IMG/VR virus record: IMGVR_UViG_3300046804_001058
Span: 1 to 64,000 of that record
DNA from: a virus
Lineage: Duplodnaviria > Heunggongvirae > Uroviricota > Caudoviricetes
Reading direction: 5' to 3' (one strand)
DNA: 64,000 nucleotides
Both the position numbers and the translations under genes were made by a program. The notes below the pieces were generated by a model. It was not told the origin of the DNA, made no database searches, and saw nothing but the letters and a program-made list of their open reading frames with translations. Shown here in pieces: positions 8,634 to 18,003 of this stretch (positions within the stretch are counted from its first letter, which is position 1; each line of letters begins with the position of its first letter).

Positions 8634-10187
8634 ATGGCAATTCAAACAATTCCAGGTTTAACTGGTTTTACCTATGCGAGAGTCGCTTCTATGGACAAGC
8701 GTGCTGTAGGTAAATTGACAGATGCAAACCACTTGGAAAGCTTTCACTCTACAGAGCCAGCAGATTATGATAAGAAAATCATAAGCTTGTACACACAGAG
8801 CTCTCTTTACAGTAATGACTTCTTGGACATGATTAACAAGAGCACTCCTTACTATATTGACAATAACAGTGATGCTTGGAAGTGGCAAGTACAAGTTCCT
8901 TACAAGTTCCCTAAGATCATTGACATCCCTACTTCAACTTTAGAGTTACAGAAGCCAGGTATTGATGGTCAAGAGTTCCAATTAGTAATTGACACAAATG
9001 AGTTCTCTAAGAACGCTATCGTTTCTGTAGGTACTCGTCAATATGGTCCTCGTTTCTATGTAATCAAAGATCCAGTACAATGGAACATGGGTTACTTATA
9101 CACTTTCACTTTAGTTACAGACAATCCAACTGTAGATTTCGTTAGTCCTAACTTCTTAAGAGTTGGTATTGAATTGGAATTAGTTGATGCTGCAATTGGT
9201 GAATTTGACCAAGACTTGTTAGGTCTTCCTCGTTTAGGTGAGCAAATCACAATGTTTGAATCATTAGGTTCTGCATATGGTTATGAGCACAAAATCACTG
9301 AGTGGGCTGATGACAAGATGATGCGTGATGCTTCTGGTAAGCCATTAGATATCTTAGTATATGCTCCTCAAAGACGTAACCAATTACCTTTAACTCGTAA
9401 TGATGTTAAGTGGGAACCATTTATTGAATTCTGGATGCGTAAGTCTATGTTAGAATTAAAAGTTAAGCGTATGATCTGGGCTAAGCCTGGTACCGTGAAG
9501 ACTAATGGTTCTAAGCAAGAATTAAAGCGTACATCTGCTGGTGTTTACCACAGAATGCGTAACAACGGTAACTTAGTTCAATACAACCGTGGTGAGTTCA
9601 CTGCAAACTTGATCCGTTCAGTGTTTGGTGACTTATTCTACAGACGTGTGGACGTTAAGGATCGTAGAGTTAAAATGTACACTAATGAAGCTGGTTTTGA
9701 CGTGTTCCAACAAGCTTTAAAAAATGATGCATTAAATTCTGGTTTAACTTTCATGGCTGATTCTGGTAATCGCTACATGCAAGGAGAAGGACAACACATC
9801 ACTTACAACTTTGCATTTGATGCAATGGTTACACGTGAGACTGGTCGTGTTGAATTAATCCACTTGAAAGAATTAGACCTTCCTCAAACTAACTTAGAAT
9901 TTGGTCAAAACAAGAAGAGCACTCCAGTATTTATGGTATTTGACGTGTCTCCAATGTCTGATGGTTCTATGGTTAACAACATCCGTGAAGTACGTATGAA
10001 GGGTGCACCTTCTATGACTTGGGGTTATATTGATGGTACTCGTCACCACTTAGGTTTTGCTAAGTCTCAAGGTATGAGTTCTGCAAACAAATTCCCAGGA
10101 TACGAAATCTGGATGAAGGATCGTTGTGATGTATTCATTGAAGATTTATCACGTACAGTTTTGATTGAAGAAATTCCTCAATACTAA
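8634..10187 (+). CDS. major capsid protein
   Basis: 517 aa, directly downstream of the scaffold-like gene. Followed by GC-rich hairpins (likely terminator or attenuator). No direct motif, so the call rests on position and size. Confidence 0.5.
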   Translation: MAIQTIPGLTGFTYARVASMDKRAVGKLTDANHLESFHSTEPADYDKKIISLYTQSSLYSNDFLDMINKSTPYYIDNNSDAWKWQVQVPYKFPKIIDIPTSTLELQKPGIDGQEFQLVIDTNEFSKNAIVSVGTRQYGPRFYVIKDPVQWNMGYLYTFTLVTDNPTVDFVSPNFLRVGIELELVDAAIGEFDQDLLGLPRLGEQITMFESLGSAYGYEHKITEWADDKMMRDASGKPLDILVYAPQRRNQLPLTRNDVKWEPFIEFWMRKSMLELKVKRMIWAKPGTVKTNGSKQELKRTSAGVYHRMRNNGNLVQYNRGEFTANLIRSVFGDLFYRRVDVKDRRVKMYTNEAGFDVFQQALKNDALNSGLTFMADSGNRYMQGEGQHITYNFAFDAMVTRETGRVELIHLKELDLPQTNLEFGQNKKSTPVFMVFDVSPMSDGSMVNNIREVRMKGAPSMTWGYIDGTRHHLGFAKSQGMSSANKFPGYEIWMKDRCDVFIEDLSRTVLIEEIPQY

Positions 10188-10234
10188 TAAAGGCTTTAAG
10201 GGTAAAATCCTTAAAACTACACAAAGAAGAATTA

Positions 10235-10260
10235 CCCCCCTCCTTCAACGAGGGGGAGTC
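10235..10260 (+). terminator. GC-rich hairpin (CCCCCTC/GAGGGGG) downstream of the capsid gene; weak U-tract
   Basis: Perfect 7-bp GC stem with a 7-8 nt loop, then TCTTCT. Preceded by a second hairpin (TTTAAGG/CCTTAAA) at about 10190-10217. Confidence 0.4.
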
Positions 10261-10350
10261 TTCTACACAGATGGATGGATTGGGGGATTCCCAATCGCAT
10301 TCCCTTCAATGGGAACCATCTGCAAATAAACCAAATAAAAACAACTACAT

Positions 10351-11319
10351 ATGGGTAAGATAGGAAAAATCTCTACGTTAAAAAAAGAGTATAACAATTC
10401 TCAATTGCAAACAATGCAAGCTGGTTTGGCACAAAAAGGTTTAACAAGAATTCCTGGTACAGGAGTATTCAAGTATCCTTATAAAGAACTTGATGGTCAG
10501 TACAGAACAGGATTAGATCCAAATGCTGCTTATATCAGACGTATTGCTGATAACTTAGAAAGAGAACTAGAAATAGAAAGAGTAACTGCATTACGTGCAA
10601 AACTTGAAGCTGCTTTAGGTGATATTGATTTAGGTCCTCGTTCTCAATTCTGGAACTATGGATTATCAACCAGCACAGATGATGTACTACATGTACAAGC
10701 TGTTAAGTTAATGGATGGTGATAACTTCTTTGATTTCAGTAATCCATCTCAAGAATTAGCCTTTGCATGGTTAAGAGTTCATCCAACAATTGCTTCTAGC
10801 TATCAAGCATGGGAGCGTGGTGAATATCCTGCAGATACACAATTCTATGTTGCAGATGATGAGATTGAAAACCAAGTTATCTTCAAGAAGAAACAATTGA
10901 TCAACAAGGCTATTGTTAAGTTTGATGCAATGACTCCTGAGAAGAAACGTAAGGTAGCAAGATTGTTAGGTTTACCAGTTAGTGAAGATTCTAAAGAAGA
11001 AGCTGTATACAACCAGGTAGACAACCTATTAAAACAAACTGAATTCAAAAATGGTAAACACGCTGGTTTAAATCCTGTAGAAGTGTTTAACAGATTTGCA
11101 GACATGAGTGAAAACTTACTCCATATTAAAGATTTAGTAAAACAAGCAATTTCACATTCTATTTATAGAGTGAAAGCAAATGATAAAGTATATGAAGGTG
11201 AGAATGCAATTGCAAAAGATGAAGATGATTTAATCAGATTCTTAGCAGATGAAGATAATCAAGATGCATTAATTACCTTAGAACAAAAATTAAAACTTAA
11301 AAAACTAGCTTCTGTATGA
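10351..11319 (+). CDS. virion structural protein (322 aa)
   Basis: First gene after the capsid terminator region; start sits in the conserved AACTACATATG element. Confidence 0.4.
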   Translation: MGKIGKISTLKKEYNNSQLQTMQAGLAQKGLTRIPGTGVFKYPYKELDGQYRTGLDPNAAYIRRIADNLERELEIERVTALRAKLEAALGDIDLGPRSQFWNYGLSTSTDDVLHVQAVKLMDGDNFFDFSNPSQELAFAWLRVHPTIASSYQAWERGEYPADTQFYVADDEIENQVIFKKKQLINKAIVKFDAMTPEKKRKVARLLGLPVSEDSKEEAVYNQVDNLLKQTEFKNGKHAGLNPVEVFNRFADMSENLLHIKDLVKQAISHSIYRVKANDKVYEGENAIAKDEDDLIRFLADEDNQDALITLEQKLKLKKLASV

Positions 11320-12047
11320 TCCCTGTAGATAGTTTATTATATAAGATTGATCAAAAACTAAATAAACTATCAACCAATGAGCATCAACAAATCAACCTAG
11401 AAGACAAAATCCTAGCTTTGAATGAAGCTCAGATTAAGCTGATAAAGCAAAAGGTTGATGGTACAAATACAGTTAATGGTTTAGGTTTAGACGCTTTTAA
11501 AAAGCGTTACGAAGATCTTCAAAGTTTAGTGGTAGCTTACAATGATGGTGAGCTACCCCTAGCTTTAAAGAACCCAGAGTTAAACCAATGGGCAGCAAAT
11601 GTGCATGCCTTAGTTCCAAAATACATGTTCTATATTGATAGTTATGTATTAGCAGACAAAGGTAGATGTAGAGATAGAAAAATATGGATTAATAGAGATT
11701 TGGCTAAGCATGGTGATTTACAATATTGCTTAAACAATACTCACTATAGACCATCATTTGAATATCAAGAAACGTTTAACTTTTTATCCTCTGATGAGAT
11801 AAGTATATTTACAGATGGTACTTTTACACCAACTAAAATATATATCTCCTACATGAGATATCCAGTGTATATTAATAAAGCAGGATATGTTATGTTAGAT
11901 GGTTTAGATTCATATGATCAAGATTGTGAATTAGAAACATATTTAGAAGATGAACTTTTAGATTTAACTGTTCAAGCTTTAGCGATGTACACTGAAAACA
12001 TGTCTGCAGTTCAAACAGCTCAGATGAGGATTCAAACAAACGAGTAA
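11316..12047 (+). CDS. virion structural protein (243 aa)
   Basis: ATGA overlap with the upstream gene. Confidence 0.4.
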   Translation: MIPVDSLLYKIDQKLNKLSTNEHQQINLEDKILALNEAQIKLIKQKVDGTNTVNGLGLDAFKKRYEDLQSLVVAYNDGELPLALKNPELNQWAANVHALVPKYMFYIDSYVLADKGRCRDRKIWINRDLAKHGDLQYCLNNTHYRPSFEYQETFNFLSSDEISIFTDGTFTPTKIYISYMRYPVYINKAGYVMLDGLDSYDQDCELETYLEDELLDLTVQALAMYTENMSAVQTAQMRIQTNE

Positions 12048-12073
12048 TTTTTCATAATTTAAAATAAAACAAA

Positions 12074-13213
12074 ATGGCGGATTTTTCATTAACCACCCTC
12101 TTTGTTGTACCAGTAGGCAATTCATTACCTAGCTCTGGATCAACACAAGACTTAACAGCTGGTCAATTTGGTATCTTTACCAATAACTATGTTGTTGCAA
12201 CTGCAGGTAACATTGCTGCTGCCCCTTATTTCTATTTGGCTCAAGGTAGAGTAAACACTTACTTACAAGGTTCTAAGCGTTCTGACAAGATCTCTGCGAG
12301 CAATGTAACAGAATGGTACAAAGTTACTGGTAACCCAGTTGCTGCGAACCAAGTAACTGAAGTTGGTAATTTCACTGTAAAACCAGGTGAAGTTGTAACT
12401 TTAACTTTACGTGCTTTCTCTAGCTACATTAACACATTGTATTTCAATGGTTTCACACGTTCAGTAACTGTAAACGCTCCATGTTTACAATGCGGTGAGA
12501 ATCCTTGTACTGATGTTGATGTACCTGCTTTAATTGATGATTTAATTTATCACTTAGAGTTAAGAGCTCCAGGTAACAACCCTGACAACATTAGCTTTAA
12601 CACATTCTATCAATTCCAAAGAGTTGGTGATGATCAAAATGCTAAGTTAGTTATCAGTGGTAAACCATTAACTCAATATGGTCAACCATGTGATGTGGCT
12701 GCATTCCCTTGGGAATACGATCGTATGTACTTCCGTACATTCATCTTCTCTGGTCCTGCTACAACTGCTGACTTCATTGTTGCAGATCCTTGTAACCAAG
12801 TAGCTGAAGCTGTAATTACTCAACGTAGTTCTTATGTTTCTGGTACTTCTGCAGAGATCCAACAATTAGAGAAAAACTTCTATAGCTACCAAGCTGGTTA
12901 TTTGAAGCATTTGTACAGAATGGTAGGTTACAACGAGAACTTTGAGTCTTGGGTAACTGACGGTACTACTTATGATACATTATACATCAAGTTTAATGAG
13001 TATGACAAGTCTGCTTATTCTTGGGGTGATTATATCAAAGAAGATAGCCAAGTAATCATTGCTTCTCCTCAAAACTTAACTCAAGACATCTTAGATGTAT
13101 TAGAGGCTGCTTTAGGTACAGTAACTGATGAAAGTGGTGATATTACTTCTACAACTAGTACAACAACTACTATTTGGCCTAGTACTTCAACAACAACTAC
13201 TTTGATCCCTTAA
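12074..13213 (+). CDS. structural protein with Thr-rich C-terminal tail
   Basis: 379 aa ending in ...TSTTSTTTTIWPSTSTTTTLIP; followed by a strong rho-independent terminator. Confidence 0.45.
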   Translation: MADFSLTTLFVVPVGNSLPSSGSTQDLTAGQFGIFTNNYVVATAGNIAAAPYFYLAQGRVNTYLQGSKRSDKISASNVTEWYKVTGNPVAANQVTEVGNFTVKPGEVVTLTLRAFSSYINTLYFNGFTRSVTVNAPCLQCGENPCTDVDVPALIDDLIYHLELRAPGNNPDNISFNTFYQFQRVGDDQNAKLVISGKPLTQYGQPCDVAAFPWEYDRMYFRTFIFSGPATTADFIVADPCNQVAEAVITQRSSYVSGTSAEIQQLEKNFYSYQAGYLKHLYRMVGYNENFESWVTDGTTYDTLYIKFNEYDKSAYSWGDYIKEDSQVIIASPQNLTQDILDVLEAALGTVTDESGDITSTTSTTTTIWPSTSTTTTLIP

Positions 13214-13241
13214 GATTTAAGGTAGTATCATATTAACCTAT

Positions 13242-13289
13242 GCCAGAGGGTGAGAGGATATTCTCAAATCCTCTGGCATTTTTATTTTA
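13242..13289 (+). terminator. rho-independent terminator (GCCAGAGG ... CCTCTGGC plus ATTTTTATTTT)
   Basis: Perfect 8-bp stem at 13242-13249 and 13270-13277, 20-nt loop, then a T-rich run at 13278-13289. Confidence 0.6.
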
Positions 13290-13294
13290 AAGAC

Positions 13295-13855
13295 ATGACT
13301 TTAGATTTTCTAGTAATAAATACTTTTAATACCAAAACATTGGGGGTAGCTGATATATCAATCTATGATACAAATCCTCCTGTTGTGGTTGCTCCTACTA
13401 TGGAGATTACTATTCCTGGATATACTACTCCTGTGTCTCTTCCATTTATTCCTCAAGATTTTAATGTATACAACTCTGTTACACTAGGTTTAAATCCTTT
13501 AGGTGGAGGTTTTCAACCACTTCCTGACGGTGTTTATTACATGAAGTACTCTGTTGCTCCTGCATATCAAAATTTTGTAGAAAAGAACATAATGCGTACT
13601 GAAAGAATCCAAGAGAAGTTTGATAATGCATTTATGAAACTTGATATGATGGAATGTGATAGTGCAATTAGAACTCAAGCAAAAGTAGATTTAAACAGTA
13701 TCTACTACATGATCCAAGGATCAATTGCTGCTGCAAATAATTGTGCTATAGATACAGCTAATAAGTTGTATGCCCAGGCTGATAGACAGTTGAATAATTT
13801 TATTAAGAACAATTGTGGTTGTTCTGGAAACAATTATATAAATAACTTCTATTGA
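13295..13855 (+). CDS. hypothetical protein (start revised to ATG 13295)
   Basis: The track's ORF begins with GTG at 13250 inside the terminator loop. The first in-frame ATG (MTLDF...) at 13295 lies just after the terminator T-run and is the more plausible start. Confidence 0.4.
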   Translation: MTLDFLVINTFNTKTLGVADISIYDTNPPVVVAPTMEITIPGYTTPVSLPFIPQDFNVYNSVTLGLNPLGGGFQPLPDGVYYMKYSVAPAYQNFVEKNIMRTERIQEKFDNAFMKLDMMECDSAIRTQAKVDLNSIYYMIQGSIAAANNCAIDTANKLYAQADRQLNNFIKNNCGCSGNNYINNFY

Positions 13856-13856
13856 T

Positions 13857-14000
13857 ATGGCAAACTGTAGAAACTGTGGCCTAAAGGTAGGTTGCGGATG
13901 TCAATTAATTAATGGTTTGTGTTCAGCATGTAACAACAAGTTGAAACAAATAAATCAACGAATAAAAAATGTTATCACCAAGATTAACGGACTGTATTGA
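13857..14000 (+). CDS. small Cys-rich peptide (47 aa), not in the ORF track
   Basis: MANCRNCGLKVGCGCQLINGLCSACNNKLKQINQRIKNVITKINGLY, seven Cys in 47 aa. Starts 1 nt after the upstream stop and overlaps the 13969 ORF in another frame. Confidence 0.3.
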   Translation: MANCRNCGLKVGCGCQLINGLCSACNNKLKQINQRIKNVITKINGLY

Positions 14001-14235
14001 GTGTGCTAGCATACCTGCACTATTAAATGATATTGATATTAAGCTAACTGCATTAGCTAATGATCAGTACAATAATATTGTGTACTCCTTGAATTATTAT
14101 ATTCCTGGACAGGTAATAGGTGACCTATTGCACTATAAACAAATATTAACTTACAAACTTTGTAATCCAGAATACTGTAAACCTTTTACGGTACCAATGA
14201 TTGCAAGTAGAGTAATTGTGTTAATTAATAAATAA
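13969..14235 (+). CDS. hypothetical protein (88 aa)
   Basis: ORF track entry; overlaps the small Cys-rich ORF, so one of the two may be spurious. Confidence 0.3.
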   Translation: MLSPRLTDCIECASIPALLNDIDIKLTALANDQYNNIVYSLNYYIPGQVIGDLLHYKQILTYKLCNPEYCKPFTVPMIASRVIVLINK

Positions 14236-14243
14236 TTATAAAA

Positions 14244-15347
14244 ATGTCTTGTACAAGTTGCTATAATGGATGTGTTGAGACTGTTTCTGACCAATGTGTT
14301 AGGTACACAGGTCCAACTATTCCTGCTCTAAATATTACTACAGGAGACACTTTACTTCATGTAGAAGAAATGATTACAACTCATCTTGTTCCATTATTAA
14401 CTGGTACAGGTGATGTTATAACTATTGCTCCTGGTGATAAGTGTGCTCTTATTAATAGTTTCCTAACAGGAATCACTTCTCCTAATTCTACTCAGTTATT
14501 TACAGCATTGATCAAATCTGTTTGTAGTTTACAAACTCAAGTGACTGCTGTTGCTGCTGATATTGCTACATTAAATGCAGACTATAACATTGGTTGTCTT
14601 ACAGGTGTAACAGCATCTTCTGATACCCATGCTATCTTGCAAGCAGTTATTACAAGACTATGTTCAGTGGTTGCAGATTTAGCTGCACTAGCTCTTGATG
14701 TAGATACAAACTATGTAAAACTTGCTGACCTAGATGCATTAATAGCTGCATACATAGCTGGTCAGTCTGGTAATGTTACTCAGAACTATTTAAAAATGGT
14801 TCCTTACACTGTAGTGGAATACTATGGTCCTCTAACTAACTTTGATGGTACAGGTGCTGGTATTGGTTCATTAGGATGGGATAAAATCTATCTGTGTAAT
14901 GGATCTAATGGTACTCCTGATAAAAGAGGTAGAGTTGGTGTAGGAGCTATATTAAATGTTCCTGGTGGACCGTTAGCTGCTGCAGTAGATCCTGTCTATG
15001 CAGGTAACCCTAATTACGATATTGAAGATGTTGCTGGTGCAAATACTATAACACTAAATGTTAACCAACTTCCTAGTCATACACACACTGCAACAGCATC
15101 TGCTACATCTAGTGTATCAGATCCTGGTCACAGTCACTATTCAGGATATACTCCTAAAGGTTGGAGTAGCTCAGGAACTATTGGTATAACAAATGAGCTT
15201 CCTAAAAATGTACAAACAACTGTTTCTACAACAGGTATCACAGTAGCTACAACTGTAAATGTTAGCAATAGTAATACTGGTAGCAATCAAGGTCATCCAA
15301 ATATTCAACCTGTTATTGCTGCATATTACATTATGTATATTCCTTAA
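14244..15347 (+). CDS. tail fibre protein with C-terminal phage tail-collar domain
   Basis: '...KIYLCNGSNGTPDKRGRVGVGAILNVPGG...GANTITLNVNQLPSHTHTA...' matches the tail-collar fibre signature (L.DLRGRF.VG ... E.H.L...E.PSHTH). Confidence 0.65.
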   Translation: MSCTSCYNGCVETVSDQCVRYTGPTIPALNITTGDTLLHVEEMITTHLVPLLTGTGDVITIAPGDKCALINSFLTGITSPNSTQLFTALIKSVCSLQTQVTAVAADIATLNADYNIGCLTGVTASSDTHAILQAVITRLCSVVADLAALALDVDTNYVKLADLDALIAAYIAGQSGNVTQNYLKMVPYTVVEYYGPLTNFDGTGAGIGSLGWDKIYLCNGSNGTPDKRGRVGVGAILNVPGGPLAAAVDPVYAGNPNYDIEDVAGANTITLNVNQLPSHTHTATASATSSVSDPGHSHYSGYTPKGWSSSGTIGITNELPKNVQTTVSTTGITVATTVNVSNSNTGSNQGHPNIQPVIAAYYIMYIP

Positions 15348-15367
15348 TATTATAAACCAAAATATAA

Positions 15368-17128
15368 ATGAACTGTTTACCTGGTACTCCTTGCTATGAT
15401 GCATACTATCATCCTGATGAAAATTGTGGATGCCAAGACTGTTGCACAACAAGTGACAACGTTACATACATAGGACCTAATCTTCCTAATTCAGGAGTAC
15501 AAAATTTAGATATATTAACAACAGCCTTAGAGAAATTAGATAATGCTATTGGTACAGGTGGTGGAGGTACAGGTACTTCTGGCACTTCTGGTACATCTGG
15601 ACATAACGGAACTTCTGGAGTTAATGGCACATCAGGAGTTAATGGTGCATCTGGATCTAGCGGAACTTCTGGACAAAATGGTACTTCAGGTGTCAATGGT
15701 ACTTCTGGAGTTAACGGTACTTCTGGAGTATCAGGTACAAGTGGTGTATCAGGTACAAGCGGAACTTCTGGTGGAAGAGGTGCTGATGGAACTAGTGGTA
15801 TTAATGGTACAAGTGGTATTAATGGTACAAGTGGGCTTACTGGAACATCTGGTAGTTCAGGAAGTTCTGGAACAGATGGTAGTTCTGGTGTAGATGGTAG
15901 TTCAGGAACGTCTGGAACCTCTGGTGTAGATGGAACCTCTGGTAGTTCAGGAACAACTGGTACTTCAGGTTCTTCTGGAACTACAGGTACGAGTGGTACT
16001 TCAGGTTATGAAGGAGGTCTTGCACTATGGAGATATAATTCTAGTACAAATACAAACGTTAATCCTGGTGCCACATATTTCACTTTAAATGATGCAAGTT
16101 GGTTAGCTTCTGCTTCTCAGATAGCAATCAGTGATTTATCATTTAATCCTAGTGCTGATTTCTCAGCATATCTAGATGCATTAAATCCTTACTCAGCACT
16201 TAAGTTAGTTAGTACTGTTGATTCTTCTAGATTTAAAATATTAGAAATTGTATCTGTATCTCCTTTTGAAGTTGGATATGAAAGATTCGTAGTTACACAA
16301 ACTGCAGCTCAGGGTACAAATCCTTCTAATGGTGAAACGTTTATGTTAGTTCCTGTAGGTGCTGCTGGTAGCTCAGGTACTTCTGGTACAGCTGGATCTT
16401 CAGGTACAACAGGTACGAGTGGAACCTCAGGTACTACTGGTACCTCTGGAACCAGCGGAACTACAGGAACTAGTGGAACAACTGGTACGTCTGGTACGTC
16501 TGGTACAACAGGTACTTCAGGCACCACAGGTACCTCTGGAACAACTGGTACTAGTGGAACATCAGGTACTTCTGGAAGTTCAGGGTCAAGTGGTACTTCA
16601 GGAAGCTCTGGTACAACTGGTACAAGTGGATCAAGCGGAGTTAGTACTGGTGGAACGTCTGGTTCTTCAGGAACAACTGGTACAAGTGGTACTTCAGGAA
16701 ACAGTGGAACTTCTGGAACTTCTGGAACTTCTGGTGCAGGATTTACTAGCATATCTCCAACTACTGCAGGGGCTGTACTTACAGCTAATGGTACAGCAAA
16801 CACTGCCACAGCTAATACAGGAGTTACTATTGCTGGATCTCAATTGAATGCTGGGTCATTCTATGAGACATCAGATATTAGATTTAAGAGTGTATTAGAA
16901 ACAAATCCTAACATAGACTTATCTGGAATAGATGTAATTAAATTTACACGTATAGATGAAGAGTCTGATCAAATTAGATATGGTTACTCAGCTCAGCAGG
17001 TACAATCAATATTACCAGATGCTGTAGCAGGAGAAGATAAATTGGTGGTAAACTATTCAGATGTGCATACATTAAAAATAGCACAATTAGAAAAACGTAT
17101 TGCTGAACTAGAAGCTAAATTAAAATAA
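15368..17128 (+). CDS. collagen-like (Gly-X-Y) tail fibre with C-terminal intramolecular chaperone, peptidase S74 type
   Basis: Two long (G-T/S-S/x)n triplet tracts (about aa 62-215 and 330-457) around a globular insert. C-terminus '...[10 protein letters not shown]...[13 protein letters not shown]' matches the auto-cleaving chaperone domain of endosialidase-type fibres (SDxR[LF]K). Confidence 0.7.
   Translation: MNCLPGTPCYDAYYHPDENCGCQDCCTTSDNVTYIGPNLPNSGVQNLDILTTALEKLDNAIGTGGGGTGTSGTSGTSGHNGTSGVNGTSGVNGASGSSGTSGQNGTSGVNGTSGVNGTSGVSGTSGVSGTSGTSGGRGADGTSGINGTSGINGTSGLTGTSGSSGSSGTDGSSGVDGSSGTSGTSGVDGTSGSSGTTGTSGSSGTTGTSGTSGYEGGLALWRYNSSTNTNVNPGATYFTLNDASWLASASQIAISDLSFNPSADFSAYLDALNPYSALKLVSTVDSSRFKILEIVSVSPFEVGYERFVVTQTAAQGTNPSNGETFMLVPVGAAGSSGTSGTAGSSGTTGTSGTSGTTGTSGTSGTTGTSGTTGTSGTSGTTGTSGTTGTSGTTGTSGTSGTSGSSGSSGTSGSSGTTGTSGSSGVSTGGTSGSSGTTGTSGTSGNSGTSGTSGTSGAGFTSISPTTAGAVLTANGTANTATANTGVTIAGSQLNAGSFYETSDIRFKSVLETNPNIDLSGIDVIKFTRIDEESDQIRYGYSAQQVQSILPDAVAGEDKLVVNYSDVHTLKIAQLEKRIAELEAKLK
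15551..16010 (+). repeat. GGTACTTCTGGA-type triplet-repeat DNA encoding a Gly-X-Y collagen-like tract
   Basis: Visible 9-18 nt periodic repeats (ggtacttctgga / ggaacttctggt...). Similar tracts at 16360-16740, 53565-54440, 54810-55260 and 55790-56225. Confidence 0.8.
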
Positions 17129-17991
17129 TGAAAGTTAACAACTATTTAGTAACAGGTGCAGACCTTGCTACAATGGGTTATGTAAAGAAACCTGGAGCAA
17201 CCCCTCCTTTAGATGGAAACATCATGAACAAAGGAGAGGCTGATGCTAACTATTACATAGATCAATCAGCTATTCCTTGGTCCACATATACTAACGATAG
17301 AGCTCCTAAATATCAAGACTACCCTTGTCCTTGTGTTGGAGAAGTTACTGTATATAATGATTTAGAAGGAGCAATTGATCAATATGTAACATATCAAGAT
17401 TGTTCAGGTAATGGTAAAACTCAATTTGTAGCAGCTGGTACTGCTGTTGTCATTGTTGGATGTACAACTCAAGATCCAGGTGGATATACAGGTTGTGGTA
17501 TTTTAAGAGGATCTATATATGGCAGTGGTTTACGTGAAATAACTTATGGAAACTGTTGTCCAGGATTTGGTCCTTGTACTACTACAACAACTACGACTGT
17601 TTATATACCTACATGTAATTATAATGGATTTAACATAGTTTGTAACAGTCCAACATCTGCAACTTTATCGTGGAGTTTTAATGAAGGTATTGGAGCAACT
17701 GGTGAAATGATTTTATATTTAAATGGTAATGTTATTGAAGATAGAAATAGTAGTTCAACTGGAACATGGCCAGTAAATGTTGGTGATACAATAAATGTTG
17801 AAATAAGTTCTACTGGTTGCAGTGGTAACAACGGTACTGCAAATGCGTGGACAGTAGGTATAATTGCAGATGCAGCTTGTGGATCAGGTTCAACAAACTT
17901 ATTTACAGGAGTATATACTGTAACAAGTGGAGATATTGGAAATACATTAACTTTAAACGCTTATGCAACTTGTGATAGTGGTTGTGTATAA
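17128..17991 (+). CDS. Cys-rich structural protein with poly-Thr linker
   Basis: 287 aa; CTTTTTTTVYIPTC linker; several Cys pairs; TAATG coupling to the upstream fibre gene. Confidence 0.4.
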   Translation: MKVNNYLVTGADLATMGYVKKPGATPPLDGNIMNKGEADANYYIDQSAIPWSTYTNDRAPKYQDYPCPCVGEVTVYNDLEGAIDQYVTYQDCSGNGKTQFVAAGTAVVIVGCTTQDPGGYTGCGILRGSIYGSGLREITYGNCCPGFGPCTTTTTTTVYIPTCNYNGFNIVCNSPTSATLSWSFNEGIGATGEMILYLNGNVIEDRNSSSTGTWPVNVGDTINVEISSTGCSGNNGTANAWTVGIIADAACGSGSTNLFTGVYTVTSGDIGNTLTLNAYATCDSGCV

Positions 17992-18003
17992 TTGATAAAA
18001 TAA

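Noticed and set aside
15543-15893. + strand alternative-frame Leu/Val/Gln-rich ORFs inside the collagen tracts (also 16359-16847, 54238-54435, 54796-55383, 55781-56227, 56906-57100, 57689-57877)
   Set aside because: Off-frame translations of the same triplet repeats; low-complexity, no start context.
15551-16740. Short periodic DNA repeats that could be mistaken for a CRISPR array or tandem-repeat locus
   Set aside because: The repeats are 9-18 nt, in frame and coding (Gly-X-Y). There is no repeat-spacer architecture and no cas genes.
16309-16809. Minus-strand ORF encoding PEVP/PVVP repeats; similar ones at 15409-15696, 53501-54388, 54803-55321 and 55761-56261
   Set aside because: These are the antisense reading of the (GGT-ACT-TCT)n collagen-like repeats. 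Proline-rich frames arise from the repeat and overlap strongly supported + strand fibre genes.
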